DNA of 64,000 bases, from positions 176,463 through 240,462 of the forward strand of contig CP065002.1 of the NCBI GenBank assembly GCA_016700095.1, given 5' to 3'. Position numbers and translations under genes: made by a program. This DNA comes from Candidatus Woesebacteria bacterium. Its GTDB lineage: Bacteria; Patescibacteriota; Microgenomatia; UBA8517. Below are positions 29,936 to 39,771 of this stretch, one piece after another. Position 1 is the first letter of the stretch; each line of letters begins with the position of its first letter. The notes under the pieces are model-generated. The model was not told where the DNA came from and made no database searches. It worked only from the letters and a program-made list of their open reading frames with translations.

Positions 29936-30249
29936 TCAATAAACTATACGTGAACACAAACGTTGGTTGTGAGGTATTGGACACAACGCTTGGTGATGCC
30001 TTTATTTATTAAGCTTTCACAATCATTACTGGTTTAATTTGTGCCTTTTGTTCTTGTGGAAGATTTAGTCCGGCTCGGTACTTTGCGCTCGTGTGGCAAA
30101 TGGGTTATCGACTGATACTGTAGTAACAAAGTTTAAACTAAGTTCACCTTGACTCGAACTTGAGGAAGATTTACATGTTTTAGTGTCACAATCGTTCTGG
30201 TCTTGTTGTGGAAAACTAAGAAGTTGGTAACACTAGCGAGTAAAAAAAT

Positions 30250-31212
30250 CTAAAGCTCTTCTAGCACTTGTTTTTTGCCGGGTTCTTTTACACCAGCAAG
30301 TTCCAGATAGCGCTCTGTAGTCGAAAGTCTTTTGTGTCCGACAACTTGAGATAAGAGGATGAGGTCCACTCCCGCTTTCAGATTTTCGACGATAAATGTT
30401 GTTCTTAGATCATTGACGGAATAATCGGAAATTTCAGCCTTTTGAAGGTATCGGTCTATTGCCGCTCTGATATTTCTAACTGCCAGTGGTTTACCGTTTT
30501 TACTGACAAACAAATATTGGGATTCGGTTTTGGGTCTAATAAGATTGTATTTATCGAGTGCGTCTTTTGCAGGTTTATTTAAAGTAATAATTCTCTGTGG
30601 CTGAGTGGCGTAACTTTCGATTGTAAGCTCTTGGCCGTTAAGATTTTTTTGTTTGAGGTTGGCTACTTCTGAGATGCGCATTCCGGTTTGTAAAATGAGT
30701 TCAACAATGGCAGTAATCCTAGCATCGTCTCTCACTACATCGCGTAAGGCTCTGTATTCAAGCGGCGATAAAAACTTGGGTACCGAGGGAGCTATTTTGG
30801 GATGAGAAACATTGTCCGAAGGATCAAAAGTGGCATGTTTTTCAAGAATCATCCACCTAAAAAATGTTTTTACGGCGTTAAGCTTTCTGGAAACTGACTT
30901 TGGGGTGTATTTTTCGTTTGACAAACTATCTCTAAAACCTTCGATATCCTCGGTTTTTACTTGTTCGGGGGTTGCCTTTACTTTATTAGTAAGGTAAACC
31001 AACAACTGCTCAAGGTCCGCTCGGTATGCAAGGATTGTTGATGGCGATCGACCTTTTTCTTCGAGATGTTGTATAAAAGTGGGGAGTAAACTTTTTATAG
31101 ATTGTTGTGTCATAATAGACTGATTAAATTCGTAATTTAGTTTGTGTATCTTAAGTAAATAATTAACGCTTTTAACAGCTATTTCATAAGCGTATATGGT
31201 ATGATAACACAC
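30250..31212 (-). CDS. tyrosine site-specific recombinase (XerC/XerD / phage-integrase family)
   Basis: N-terminal SAM-like core-binding domain; catalytic motifs GMRISEVANL (Arg), GHKRLSTTERYL (H-x-x-R ... Y). Confidence 0.8.
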   Translation of the reverse strand: MCYHTIYAYEIAVKSVNYLLKIHKLNYEFNQSIMTQQSIKSLLPTFIQHLEEKGRSPSTILAYRADLEQLLVYLTNKVKATPEQVKTEDIEGFRDSLSNEKYTPKSVSRKLNAVKTFFRWMILEKHATFDPSDNVSHPKIAPSVPKFLSPLEYRALRDVVRDDARITAIVELILQTGMRISEVANLKQKNLNGQELTIESYATQPQRIITLNKPAKDALDKYNLIRPKTESQYLFVSKNGKPLAVRNIRAAIDRYLQKAEISDYSVNDLRTTFIVENLKAGVDLILLSQVVGHKRLSTTERYLELAGVKEPGKKQVLEEL

Positions 31213-31461
31213 CTATTTTACATTGGTCAACATATTATAAGACATATTTTGATATATATAATATGATGTTTGTATATGTCTATAAGACTACATGTCGTTA
31301 TTTAAACATCTGGTGGAGCGGTTCGGACTAATGATTGTCGGTTTTGTGTAGGTATTGGTAAGGTCGCAAAATGAGGCTAAAAAAAGGATGTATATGTAAA
31401 ACCTTGCGGATGGATAGTAAATATAATTTTTGTAAAAGTAGTTAATGAAAGTGCGAGGGTT

Positions 31462-31854
31462 ATGGATATTACACGCTTATTAAACCCAATTTATAAAAAA
31501 CTAAAGGATTATGTAAAAATCGTATTTATTGTGGTATTTTTGCTGTTTATTCTGTCTTTGACTCGGAGTGTCTTAACAACAAAGAAAGCCGGAGAAAAAA
31601 TAATCGAGACCCAAAAAGAGGTTAATGAATTAGAAATTCAAAAACGAGAATTGGAGCGTAAGGTGATTGCGGCAGAAAGCGAATTTTACGTAGAGCAACA
31701 GTTGAGAAATAATTTAGGTCTAGCCAAAGAAGGCGAGGCGGTAATGGTACTGCCGGAAGACGATGTGTTGCGTAAACTTGCCCCAAAGCTTCATCGGGAG
31801 AAGGATGAGCTTCCAGATCCGACATGGAAAAAGTGGCTGAAACTGTTTATATAG
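31462..31854 (+). CDS. septum formation initiator family protein (FtsB/DivIC-like)
   Basis: One TM helix, a coiled coil, then FYVEQQLRNNLGLAKEGE, typical of FtsB/DivIC. Confidence 0.55.
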   Translation: MDITRLLNPIYKKLKDYVKIVFIVVFLLFILSLTRSVLTTKKAGEKIIETQKEVNELEIQKRELERKVIAAESEFYVEQQLRNNLGLAKEGEAVMVLPEDDVLRKLAPKLHREKDELPDPTWKKWLKLFI

Positions 31855-31904
31855 AATGAAAGAGACTTGTTCCAAAATGTTTGTCGCAATACACCACAAT
31901 AAGT

Positions 31905-32110
31905 GGAGGGGATTGTCACATTCTCCGACGACCAAGCGAAGCTTCAAGACCTGATTGGTTAAGCAGATTTTATCTAAAGTAAACGATGTGCCAGCGGGAG
32001 GAATTGCTACACATGGTGTCACATTCTCCGACGACCAAGCGAAGCTTCAAGTTTTCTTTGATTAAGTAGATTATATATTGAGGAAACGATGTGCCAGCGG
32101 GAGGAATTGA
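31905..32110. repeat. two-unit tandem direct repeat (about 103-bp period) duplicating the 3' end of the adjacent tRNA-CAU plus its flank
   Basis: GTCACATTCTCCGACGACCAAGCGAAGCTTCAAG occurs at 31905-31938 and 32008-32041. AAACGATGTGCCAGCGGGAGGAATTG (the last 18 nt of the minus-strand tRNA plus 7 nt downstream) occurs at 31971-31996 and 32074-32099. Confidence 0.65.
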
Positions 32111-32153
32111 ACCTCCGACCGACGGTTTATGAATCCGTTGCTCTACCCCTGAG
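32082..32153 (-). tRNA. tRNA with anticodon CAU (Met or lysidine-modified Ile2; cannot be discriminated)
   Basis: The reverse complement folds as GCCAGCG-TA-GCTC-AGGGGTA-GAGC-A-ACGGA-TTCATAA-ACCGT-CGGTC-GGAGG-TTCAATT-CCTCC-CGCTGGC-A. There is an A31.A39 mismatch in the anticodon stem. Confidence 0.8.
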
Positions 32154-32244
32154 CTACGCTGGCATTTATCTAATCTGGCAAACCCTATTCTACAATAGCC
32201 TTGTAGCAATCTCAATTAACGGTTATAATGAGCTTTCAATTACG

Positions 32245-32314
32245 TGCGGGGTAGTGTACGGCTGCACGCGAGGCTCATAATCTCGCAGACTAGGTTCAAC
32301 TCCTAGCCCCGCAA
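32245..32314 (+). tRNA. second tRNA with anticodon CAU (Met/fMet/Ile2 type), divergent from the first
   Basis: Hand-folded: acceptor TGCGGGG/CCCCGCA, D-stem GTGT/GCAC, anticodon stem CGAGG/TCTCG with loop CTCATAA, T-arm CTAGG-TTCAACT-CCTAG, discriminator A. Short D-loop. Confidence 0.6.
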
Positions 32315-32640
32315 CACAGTGTAAGTTCAAGCTCTGCTTTATCCTGTAATATGTCGGAAATAAGTTTGCCGCTTCATCTTGATTAATACTTGATTCATCC
32401 TCTCCAATTCTGTAATTAAGAACTGGAGTAAGTGTTGATGATTTGACTAATGGATGGTTAATTTGTAAAATACTTTCATTAACAAATGCAATGAGGATTT
32501 CGGTTGGGATTTCCTCGAAAGCAGATCAGGCTATCTTGAGCTACGTTGAAAGAATGTCTGGTACAGAGGCGAAACTGTAAAGCATGCAACAAGTGTCGCG
32601 AAAGTGGAGCTTGTACAATAAGGTTTATCCATTTGTATAA

Positions 32641-32663
32641 CTCATCTATCGGATGAGTTTTTT
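32641..32663 (+). terminator. rho-independent terminator-like hairpin plus T6
   Basis: CTCATC-tatcg-GATGAG followed by TTTTTT. Confidence 0.5.
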
Positions 32664-32730
32664 ATTGGATCGACGAAGCAAGGTGGCACCGCCACAATAG
32701 CTTTTAGCTGTCTGCTATTAGCGATTAGAT

Positions 32731-32784
32731 GGCCCTTGTAAGAATAATAGTCCATCGGACTATTGTTTTTGCAAGGGCTTTTTT
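32731..32784 (+). terminator. long bipartite terminator hairpin plus T6
   Basis: GCCCTTG...AATAGTCC-atc-GGACTATT...CAAGGGC followed by TTTTTT. Confidence 0.55.
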
Positions 32785-32854
32785 ATTGGTTAACAAATAT
32801 AAATTATGAAAGATAGACAGCAATACTTAAAGGAAGGAACCCCTGACTCACAAA

Positions 32855-33742
32855 ATGGGCAGGGGTTACTTTGGCGTAGACAAGAATAATGTGCAAGCAA
32901 TTCTTGCAGATTTAGAAAAAATTAATGGAGTAAGTATGCCAGAGGGAAAGAAGCAGCAACGGTTGCTTGGTAGGCATTTAATGAATGTCACACATGACGA
33001 ACCCCTTAAAATATACGTAGGAAGTTGCCCTGATTATTCACACGATGGTGGAAAATATACGCATGAGGGTATTGGTGAAGGTGTTCCACTATTGACGAAA
33101 ATGCATTTAACATACGAAGTGAGTATGCTGGAAGCATTACGTGATCATGATATCCCGTTTACTTATACAATTATGGTTGCTGATGTTGAAGCAGAGGATA
33201 CAGTTTTTTGCGAAAGATTCACAAATGGAAATCAGGATGAATTTGTCAAAAGGTGTCATCAGTCGGTTGAGGAAACAAAATCACTACTTCAGTTAGATGC
33301 CGCCCTTTCTAATGTTTCTCGAAATATCAATGCAAGTAGTTTTTTTCAAGAATTTGGAAAAGAAAGATTCTTGGAATATCAAGGAAAGTATATGGATGTT
33401 TTGACTAACTTATATGGGTCAGAACCAGATTTTATTGCAAAGGTTGATGATGATGTCATTGCAAGAAGGAAATTGTACGGAAAAATGTACGGCCATTTAT
33501 TAAAAGATATGGATAGTGATCAGAAGGCAGAATTTTTAGCGGTTAGAACAATGCGCACAATGGCGCAATATTTGACGCTGGGTAGACTTATTGGTGAAGA
33601 AGCTAAATATCCGGTAATTATAAATCATCCAACAAGAAATATTTCAATGTATAACCAGAGAAATAAATATAGATTAAATGGTGATATTGTTGGGCAACAA
33701 TTACCCATACCGATTTTAAAGATGGAAAGGGAGGTTTATTAA
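32855..33742 (+). CDS. hypothetical protein
   Basis: 295-aa ORF with a good RBS context; its stop overlaps the next start. No motif recognised. Confidence 0.4.
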   Translation: MGRGYFGVDKNNVQAILADLEKINGVSMPEGKKQQRLLGRHLMNVTHDEPLKIYVGSCPDYSHDGGKYTHEGIGEGVPLLTKMHLTYEVSMLEALRDHDIPFTYTIMVADVEAEDTVFCERFTNGNQDEFVKRCHQSVEETKSLLQLDAALSNVSRNINASSFFQEFGKERFLEYQGKYMDVLTNLYGSEPDFIAKVDDDVIARRKLYGKMYGHLLKDMDSDQKAEFLAVRTMRTMAQYLTLGRLIGEEAKYPVIINHPTRNISMYNQRNKYRLNGDIVGQQLPIPILKMEREVY

Positions 33743-34326
33743 TGAAAAATATATTTGTTAGGAAAATATTTCCATATGACCCGACTGTGAATGGCAAGTA
33801 CTCGAGATATGAAGGTTATTGCAAAATAACTTTAAGAGAGGAGGATCCGGGCATAATATTTGAGAACGAACTTAAAACCCCAGAAAATATAAGCATCATT
33901 TTCTGTTCGGAACTAAAAAGAGCGATAGAATCAGCTAACGCATATTATGGTAATAATTTGGAAATCGAAAGATTATCAGAGTTAAATGAAATACTTTTCG
34001 AGTTACCACTGCTAGTTGGACGTCGCGATTTTGAAAAGTACGGTAGCATCATAGTAAGAGAAAGGTTTTTCAAACTGCTTATAGAGGATAGATTAAATGA
34101 GAAGCAAGCGGATATTAAAAGTCGGATAATAAATACTATTGATAAATTAAATAAATTACCTGAGGGCAATTATCTTTTAATTAGTCACAGCTTTTACATG
34201 AAGTTGTTTGAATTATATTTGAAATATGGCAACTTTAATTTTTTTCAAAATAATGATTTTGAAAATATAATTAATTTTGAAAATAAATTATATGAATTTG
34301 GTGAGGGTTTTGATTTCAGATTATGA
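33742..34326 (+). CDS. hypothetical protein; weak histidine-phosphatase-like motif
   Basis: FCSELKRAIESA resembles the SPLxRAxxTA motif of the PGM/histidine phosphatase family, but the N-terminal RHG motif is absent. Confidence 0.3.
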   Translation: MKNIFVRKIFPYDPTVNGKYSRYEGYCKITLREEDPGIIFENELKTPENISIIFCSELKRAIESANAYYGNNLEIERLSELNEILFELPLLVGRRDFEKYGSIIVRERFFKLLIEDRLNEKQADIKSRIINTIDKLNKLPEGNYLLISHSFYMKLFELYLKYGNFNFFQNNDFENIINFENKLYEFGEGFDFRL

Positions 34327-34338
34327 TAAAGTATAGCC

Positions 34339-35367
34339 ATGAATAAAAAACGGGTATTAGCGGGAATGAGAGCTTCAGGAAAACTCCACTTGGGGAATTA
34401 TTATGGTGGAGCAAAGGGAATGGTGGCACTACAAGAAGACGAAAATCACGAAACTCTTTATATGGTCGCAAATCTTCATGGAATTACAACCCCATTTAAA
34501 TCCAGAGAGTTAAAAGAAAGTACAAAAAGCGTAATTTTAGATTATCTTTCTGTTGGACTTGATCCGGAAAAATCTACAATTTTTATTCAAAGTGATTTGG
34601 CCGATCTCCATACCCAACTTGCTTTTTATTTGTCGTCCTTTGTAACTATTGCTCGTATGCAACACTTACCGACTTTCAAAGAAAAAGTTAAACAATATCC
34701 GGAGAGTGCAACAATGGCCCTTCTCAATTATCCAGTTCTTATGGCTGCAGATATTTTAATTTATAAAGCATGTGAGGTTCCAGTTGGAGTTGACCAAGAA
34801 CCGCACTTGGAAGTAGCTCGGGAAATTGCTCGTAAAATGAACGATCAATACGGAATGGACTTTCCAGAGCCGAAAAGATTTACCATTAAAGGTGGAGAAT
34901 ATATACCAAGTCTTATTGGGTTAGGGAAGATGAGCAAATCTGTTGAAGGAAGCTATATCGCACTAACCGATGATCTTTCTACAATCAAGAAAAGATTGGC
35001 AGGAATTCCAACAGATTCAGGAAAAGGAGAAATAAAGATGGAAGGTGAGATTAAAAAATATATAAGTGAAGCGGGAAATGAATCAATCGGTGTTTCCTCG
35101 TTGATGAAATATGTTGAACTTTTCGAAAGCGAAAAATGCCGAGCAGAATACGAAACTCAATATCAATTATCCGGTATTCGTTATGGGGATATGAAAAATA
35201 AATTAGCTGATGCAATTTATAAAGAAATACTCCCAGTTCAAGAAAAACGCAAAGAGTTGGAATCAAAACCAAGATTTATAGAGGAAGTGACTAGAGAAGG
35301 AGCCAAAAACGCTCGAGCAATTGCTGAAACAACAATAAAAGAAGTAAAAGAAAAAATGGGACTTTAG
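34339..35367 (+). CDS. trpS: tryptophanyl-tRNA synthetase
   Basis: Class I HIGH motif (KLHLGNYYG) and KMSKS (GLGKMSKSV); 342 aa is typical TrpRS size. Confidence 0.9.
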   Translation: MNKKRVLAGMRASGKLHLGNYYGGAKGMVALQEDENHETLYMVANLHGITTPFKSRELKESTKSVILDYLSVGLDPEKSTIFIQSDLADLHTQLAFYLSSFVTIARMQHLPTFKEKVKQYPESATMALLNYPVLMAADILIYKACEVPVGVDQEPHLEVAREIARKMNDQYGMDFPEPKRFTIKGGEYIPSLIGLGKMSKSVEGSYIALTDDLSTIKKRLAGIPTDSGKGEIKMEGEIKKYISEAGNESIGVSSLMKYVELFESEKCRAEYETQYQLSGIRYGDMKNKLADAIYKEILPVQEKRKELESKPRFIEEVTREGAKNARAIAETTIKEVKEKMGL

Positions 35368-35394
35368 AAAGCGCAAGCTAGAGATTGTTAGTTT

Positions 35395-35733
35395 TTGTTT
35401 TTAAATAATATGGACATAACCTACGAAGATTTCCAGAAACTCGATATAAGAATAGCAACTATACTGCAAGTTGAGGAGATTGACGGTGCGGATAAATTGC
35501 TGAAGCTCACACTAGACGCAGGAGATCTTGGGGAAAGAACTATCGCGGCAGGAATTAAAGCATGGTATAAACCGGAGGATTTGGTGGGTAAGCAAATTGT
35601 GTATCTTGCAAATCTTGAGCCAAGAATGTTGAAGGGTGTTGAGAGTCAGGGTATGCTTCTTGCTGCAGGTGGCGATGAGGCTGTAGTCATTCGACCCATC
35701 AAGGAAGTTAGTCCGGGGGTAAAAATCAAGTAA
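35395..35733 (+). CDS. tRNA-binding domain protein (CsaA/Myf/EMAP-like OB fold)
   Basis: 112 aa; LDIRIATILQVEEIDGADKLLKLTLDAGD...IVYLANLEPRMLKGVESQGMLLAAG matches the CsaA/YgjH tRNA-binding domain. Confidence 0.75.
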   Translation: MFLNNMDITYEDFQKLDIRIATILQVEEIDGADKLLKLTLDAGDLGERTIAAGIKAWYKPEDLVGKQIVYLANLEPRMLKGVESQGMLLAAGGDEAVVIRPIKEVSPGVKIK

Positions 35734-35762
35734 ATACTTATAGCGCGAAAACTAAGCGTCTT

Positions 35763-37751
35763 TTGGTCAATACCATTGTCAAATTTGGCTCGGTTAAACT
35801 GCTAATTTTCTGGTATAATTCCTACGTATATAAAATGGCAGCGATAAAAAAATTAAGAAAAATCAACGTCGGAAAACTTTCAATCGTTGATATCAAAAGA
35901 AAAGATGGTACAGGACGTTCCGGTGATAAAAAACGCGTTGAACTTCGTTTCAAACTCACTCTTTGGAAAATTGTCATCATTATATTTTTATTTATTTTTT
36001 TCCTACCTTTTTTCCTGTCGCTTCTGAGTATTGGAAGTTTGAACCAAACAATCGATGTCTCCCAAGCGCTTTCTGATATTAAAGAAGGTAAGGTCAAAGA
36101 AACGGTTGTCCAAAATGCAAACCTAGTACTTACGTACAATGACGATACTAAAAAAACCACTACAAAAGAAGACGGTGATACACTTGCAGGTCTTTTAGAT
36201 AAGGCAAATATAGATCCAAGTTCAATTAAATATTCAGTAGTTGATCAGTCGTTTAGTAAAGCATTTGGTGAGATATTAAGTATTTTACTGCCTTTGGGAT
36301 TAATGGCAGCATTTTTCTTTTTTATCATTCGTTCCCAATCCAAGGGCGCACAGGATGTATTTTCCTTTGGTAAAAGCAGGGCGAAACTTTTCGCCAAGGG
36401 TAAGCAAAATGTTAATTTTGGGGATGTGGCCGGAATTGATGATGCGAAAAACGAATTAGTTGAAATTGTCGACTTTTTGAAAAATCCTGCAAAGTATCGC
36501 AAAATTGGTGCGCGCACTCCCAAAGGAGTTTTGCTTTTTGGTCCTGCCGGAGTTGGTAAAACACTTTTAGCAAGAGCGGTTGCCGGTGAGGCGGGAGTAC
36601 CGTTCTTCTCTATGGCGGGGTCTGAATTTATGGAAATGCTTGTTGGCGTCGGTGCAAGTAGGGTTAGAGATTTATTTGTTCAAGCCAAAACCAGTGCACC
36701 ATCAATTATCTTTATCGACGAAATTGATGCAATCGGAAGGCAAAGAGGTCGCGGAATCATGGGTGGGCATGACGAAAGAGAGCAGACTTTAAATCAAATA
36801 TTAGTTGAAATGGATGGCTTTACTCCAAATGACAATGTAATTGTTATTGCCGCAACAAACCGAGGCGATCTTTTGGATCCCGCACTTTTGCGCCCTGGTA
36901 GATTTGATCGCAGGGTTACTCTTGATATGCCCGATAGAGAAGGAAGAGAGGGAATATTAAAAATACACGCCAGAGGTAAAAAATTTGGAACAAATATTGA
37001 TTGGAAACGGGTTGCTGACCGCACAGTTGGTTTTTCCGGGGCTGATCTTGAGAATATGTTAAACGAGGCAGCGATCCATGCGGCAGGTCAGAACAAAAAT
37101 GAAATTATTATGGAAGATATTGAAGAGGCGGCAACTAAAGTAAAACTTGGACCAGCCAAAAGAAAGCTCCAGTCTGAGGAAGATAAAAAAATTACGGCAT
37201 ATCATGAAGCGGGACATGCTATTGCTACTCACTATTTAGCGAAAATGGATCCGGTTCATCGCATCTCGATTGTTGCGCGCGGTATGAGTTTGGGGCATAC
37301 GCTTATTCCACCTGTAGCGGATCGTTCTCATGAAACCAGATCTCACATGCTCGAACAAATTGTTGCCATGCTTGGAGGGCGTGCCGCAGAGGAATTAATT
37401 TTCAACGAGATGACCTCTGGGGCATCTAATGACATTCAAATGGCAACAGGTCTTGCTCGTGCCATGGTAGTTGAGTATGGGATGAGCGCTCTTGGGCCGA
37501 TTGATTTTTCATCAAGAAGTGATATGAGTATGCCTAGTTGGATGGAAGGGGAAACACTTTCTCCTGCAATGAAAGAAAAGATTGACTCTGAAATTAACAA
37601 GTTAATGACAGAAGGATATAAAAGCGCCCAAGCTTTGCTTAAAAAATACAAAAAAGACCTTGATCTGGTTGCTTTGGAACTACTTAAAAAAGAAACCTTA
37701 GACAGAGATGATTTTGAGAAAATTGTGGGGAAGAAGAAAGAAGGAAAGTAA
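35763..37751 (+). CDS. ftsH: ATP-dependent zinc metalloprotease FtsH
   Basis: Two TM helices, AAA+ domain ([21 protein letters not shown] region), zinc motif HEAGHAI. Confidence 0.9.
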   Translation: MVNTIVKFGSVKLLIFWYNSYVYKMAAIKKLRKINVGKLSIVDIKRKDGTGRSGDKKRVELRFKLTLWKIVIIIFLFIFFLPFFLSLLSIGSLNQTIDVSQALSDIKEGKVKETVVQNANLVLTYNDDTKKTTTKEDGDTLAGLLDKANIDPSSIKYSVVDQSFSKAFGEILSILLPLGLMAAFFFFIIRSQSKGAQDVFSFGKSRAKLFAKGKQNVNFGDVAGIDDAKNELVEIVDFLKNPAKYRKIGARTPKGVLLFGPAGVGKTLLARAVAGEAGVPFFSMAGSEFMEMLVGVGASRVRDLFVQAKTSAPSIIFIDEIDAIGRQRGRGIMGGHDEREQTLNQILVEMDGFTPNDNVIVIAATNRGDLLDPALLRPGRFDRRVTLDMPDREGREGILKIHARGKKFGTNIDWKRVADRTVGFSGADLENMLNEAAIHAAGQNKNEIIMEDIEEAATKVKLGPAKRKLQSEEDKKITAYHEAGHAIATHYLAKMDPVHRISIVARGMSLGHTLIPPVADRSHETRSHMLEQIVAMLGGRAAEELIFNEMTSGASNDIQMATGLARAMVVEYGMSALGPIDFSSRSDMSMPSWMEGETLSPAMKEKIDSEINKLMTEGYKSAQALLKKYKKDLDLVALELLKKETLDRDDFEKIVGKKKEGK

Positions 37752-37967
37752 GTTAAGTGAGAAATGAGGTAAATAAAAAAGAGCGTGAATTATTCTTCAT
37801 TCACTTCTTAAGTCCTCTTTAAACTTATTGTTCTGGTAACGGGAGTTGACGGTTGGCCTTTATCAATTGGAGGAATTGAAACTTTATAGCTCACCCTTTT
37901 TAAAGAATTCTTGATTGGTATTGCACCTAAGCCTAATGTTTCTGTTCCAACTTGAGCTTTCTTGTAT

Positions 37968-38091
37968 TGTCATTCCCGACTTGATCGGGAATCCAGTGAT
38001 TTTAAATTGAATCCTCAATGAGAAGAAAGATACCACCGAATTTGATTAGCTGAGGAGTTTGTTCTGGATTCCCTTTTTCAAGGGAATGACA
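37968..38091. repeat. pair of hairpins whose arms are also complementary to each other (alternative-pairing structure) in the ftsH / exonuclease intergenic region
   Basis: TGTCATTCCC-gacttgatc-GGGAATCCAG at 37968-37996 and CTGGATTCCC-tttttcaa-GGGAATGACA at 38064-38091. Each is a local hairpin, and the outer decamers of the two are mutually complementary. Confidence 0.45.
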
Positions 38092-38338
38092 AAAAGATGT
38101 CAACCGTAAGATGGATGGAAACGCTTATTGTCTGGGCAAACATAATTCTCGAAACTCATATCCTAACTATTTCAACACGTGTTGTCTTTACGACAAACAA
38201 CCCACGACCTTACGGTTGGGGTATTCTCATACTTCGTCTTCGACGAGTATGAAATTGTTCGATTCATTCAACGAGCTTACGTTTGGGGTTTTCTTGATCA
38301 AGTTATAACGATAGGTTTGCGTGTTACAATTGCAATGA

Positions 38339-39250
38339 ATGAATACCTCAGAGAAAAAATTAGTCCTAATTGATGGCAATGCCATAATTCACCGTGCATA
38401 TCATGCGATGCCTCATTTGACGACTCCGAAAGGGGATGCAATCGGTGCCGTTCAAGGTTTTTTAAACATATTGCTACGTATCATCACAGATATTAAACCA
38501 ACTCATATTGCTGTCGCATGGGACAGAAAAGAACCCACGTTTAGGCATAAAGCTTTTAAAGATTACCAGATTCAGCGTCCCGAAACAGACAAAGAATTAA
38601 TAAGCCAGTTTTCCAAAGTCAGACAAGTATTGGAAGTGTTTGATATTGCATTTTTCGACAAAGCAGGATTTGAGGCGGATGACATAATCGGTACGTTTGC
38701 CCACAAAGCTCAGAAACACTTTGAAGAAATAATTATCGTAACCGGAGACAAAGATCAACTACAGCTCGTTAATACAAAAACAAAAGTATATATGCCCGCT
38801 AAAGGCGTGAGTGTCGGAGTGGTATTGGGGGAAAAGGAAGTTTACGAAAAACTTGGTGTGCGACCCGACCAAGTAGTTGACCTCAAAGCATTTATGGGGG
38901 ACCAATCCGATAATTATCCGGGAGTATTTGGTATAGGACCAAAAACCGCGCAGACTTTACTAAAAAAATACGACACTTATCCTAAAACCTATAAACACCT
39001 TGATGAACTTCCCGAAAGTGTTAGAGAGAAATTAATTAACGGCAAAGACGGTGGTGATATTTCCTACAAATTGGCAAGAATTGTAAACGACGTCGATGTT
39101 GATTTCAAACCGGACGATTTAAACGTATGGAGTGTTGGCAACAATAAGACTCTGCAATTATTCGACGAGTATGGGTTTAGAACACTGACCAAAAGGGTGA
39201 AAGAAGTAGGTGCCAAGATGGTGGGGGAAAAACAACAGAAATTATTTTAG
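38339..39250 (+). CDS. stand-alone 5'-3' exonuclease (Pol I N-terminal domain / FEN family)
   Basis: LVLIDGNAIIHRAYHAM start and H3TH region GDQSDNYPGVFGIGPKTAQTLLKKY. 303 aa with no polymerase domain. Confidence 0.8.
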   Translation: MNTSEKKLVLIDGNAIIHRAYHAMPHLTTPKGDAIGAVQGFLNILLRIITDIKPTHIAVAWDRKEPTFRHKAFKDYQIQRPETDKELISQFSKVRQVLEVFDIAFFDKAGFEADDIIGTFAHKAQKHFEEIIIVTGDKDQLQLVNTKTKVYMPAKGVSVGVVLGEKEVYEKLGVRPDQVVDLKAFMGDQSDNYPGVFGIGPKTAQTLLKKYDTYPKTYKHLDELPESVREKLINGKDGGDISYKLARIVNDVDVDFKPDDLNVWSVGNNKTLQLFDEYGFRTLTKRVKEVGAKMVGEKQQKLF

Positions 39251-39267
39251 TAGATTGGAGATGGTAT

Positions 39268-39645
39268 ATGGTAGATGGAAATAAGAAAATAATTCATTTT
39301 TATGATTTGCGCGTATGGCAAGAAGGTCATAGATTGGTTTTACTAACATATAAATTAGTTGGTGGATTGCCTGAAAAGGAAAAGTTTATTTTAATCCCTC
39401 AAATGTTACGGGCAGCGATATCTATAACCAGTAATGTCGCAGAAGGATTTGGACGAAGAAGCTTAAAGGAGAAAACACAATTTTATTATATTGCAAAGGC
39501 ATCACTTGTTGAACTTCAAAATCAGTATTTCATTGCTCGGGATATGAAATACTTGTCAGATAATGAGTTTGAAAATGTATGGGATCAGTCTGTTGTTGTT
39601 CATAAAATGCTCAATGCGTTAATTACTAGTATTAATAATAAATGA
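39268..39645 (+). CDS. four-helix-bundle protein (23S rRNA intervening-sequence protein family)
   Basis: 125 aa; YDLRVWQEGHRLVLLTYKL...LRAAISITSNVAEGFGR...SLVELQNQYFIARD matches the TIGR02436-type four-helix-bundle family. Confidence 0.55.
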   Translation: MVDGNKKIIHFYDLRVWQEGHRLVLLTYKLVGGLPEKEKFILIPQMLRAAISITSNVAEGFGRRSLKEKTQFYYIAKASLVELQNQYFIARDMKYLSDNEFENVWDQSVVVHKMLNALITSINNK

Positions 39646-39771
39646 TTATTCTCATTAAGTCTGAGTCTGTTGATTTTAGACGATTGATAAAGTCTTGTCT
39701 TAGTTAAGAAGTTAGACATTACCAACTTTAGTTGGCAGAGAACGTCGTTTTACCTATATACTAATTGCCAT

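Noticed and set aside
30250-31212. The tyrosine recombinase as a marker of an intact prophage or integrative element
   Set aside because: The flanking genes are housekeeping (ftsB-like, ITPase, bPH proteins), with no capsid, terminase, replication or excisionase genes and no distant att repeat found. The evidence points to at most a scar or a Xer-type chromosomal recombinase.
24470-31938. Shared motif CATTCT...AAGCGAAGCTT near both tRNA loci (24462-24490 and 31907-31935), which might be a common intron or mobile mini-element
   Set aside because: An exact 11-mer match is expected many times by chance in a 64-kb AT-rich window, and the flanks diverge. I treat it as coincidence unless a genome-wide search shows enrichment at tRNA genes.
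31970-32280. ORFs 31970..32215 (-), 31720..32022 (-) and 32089..32280 (+) from the six-frame track
   Set aside because: They overlap the two tRNA-CAU genes and the tandem tRNA-fragment repeats. Their composition reflects tRNA sequence, not coding sequence.
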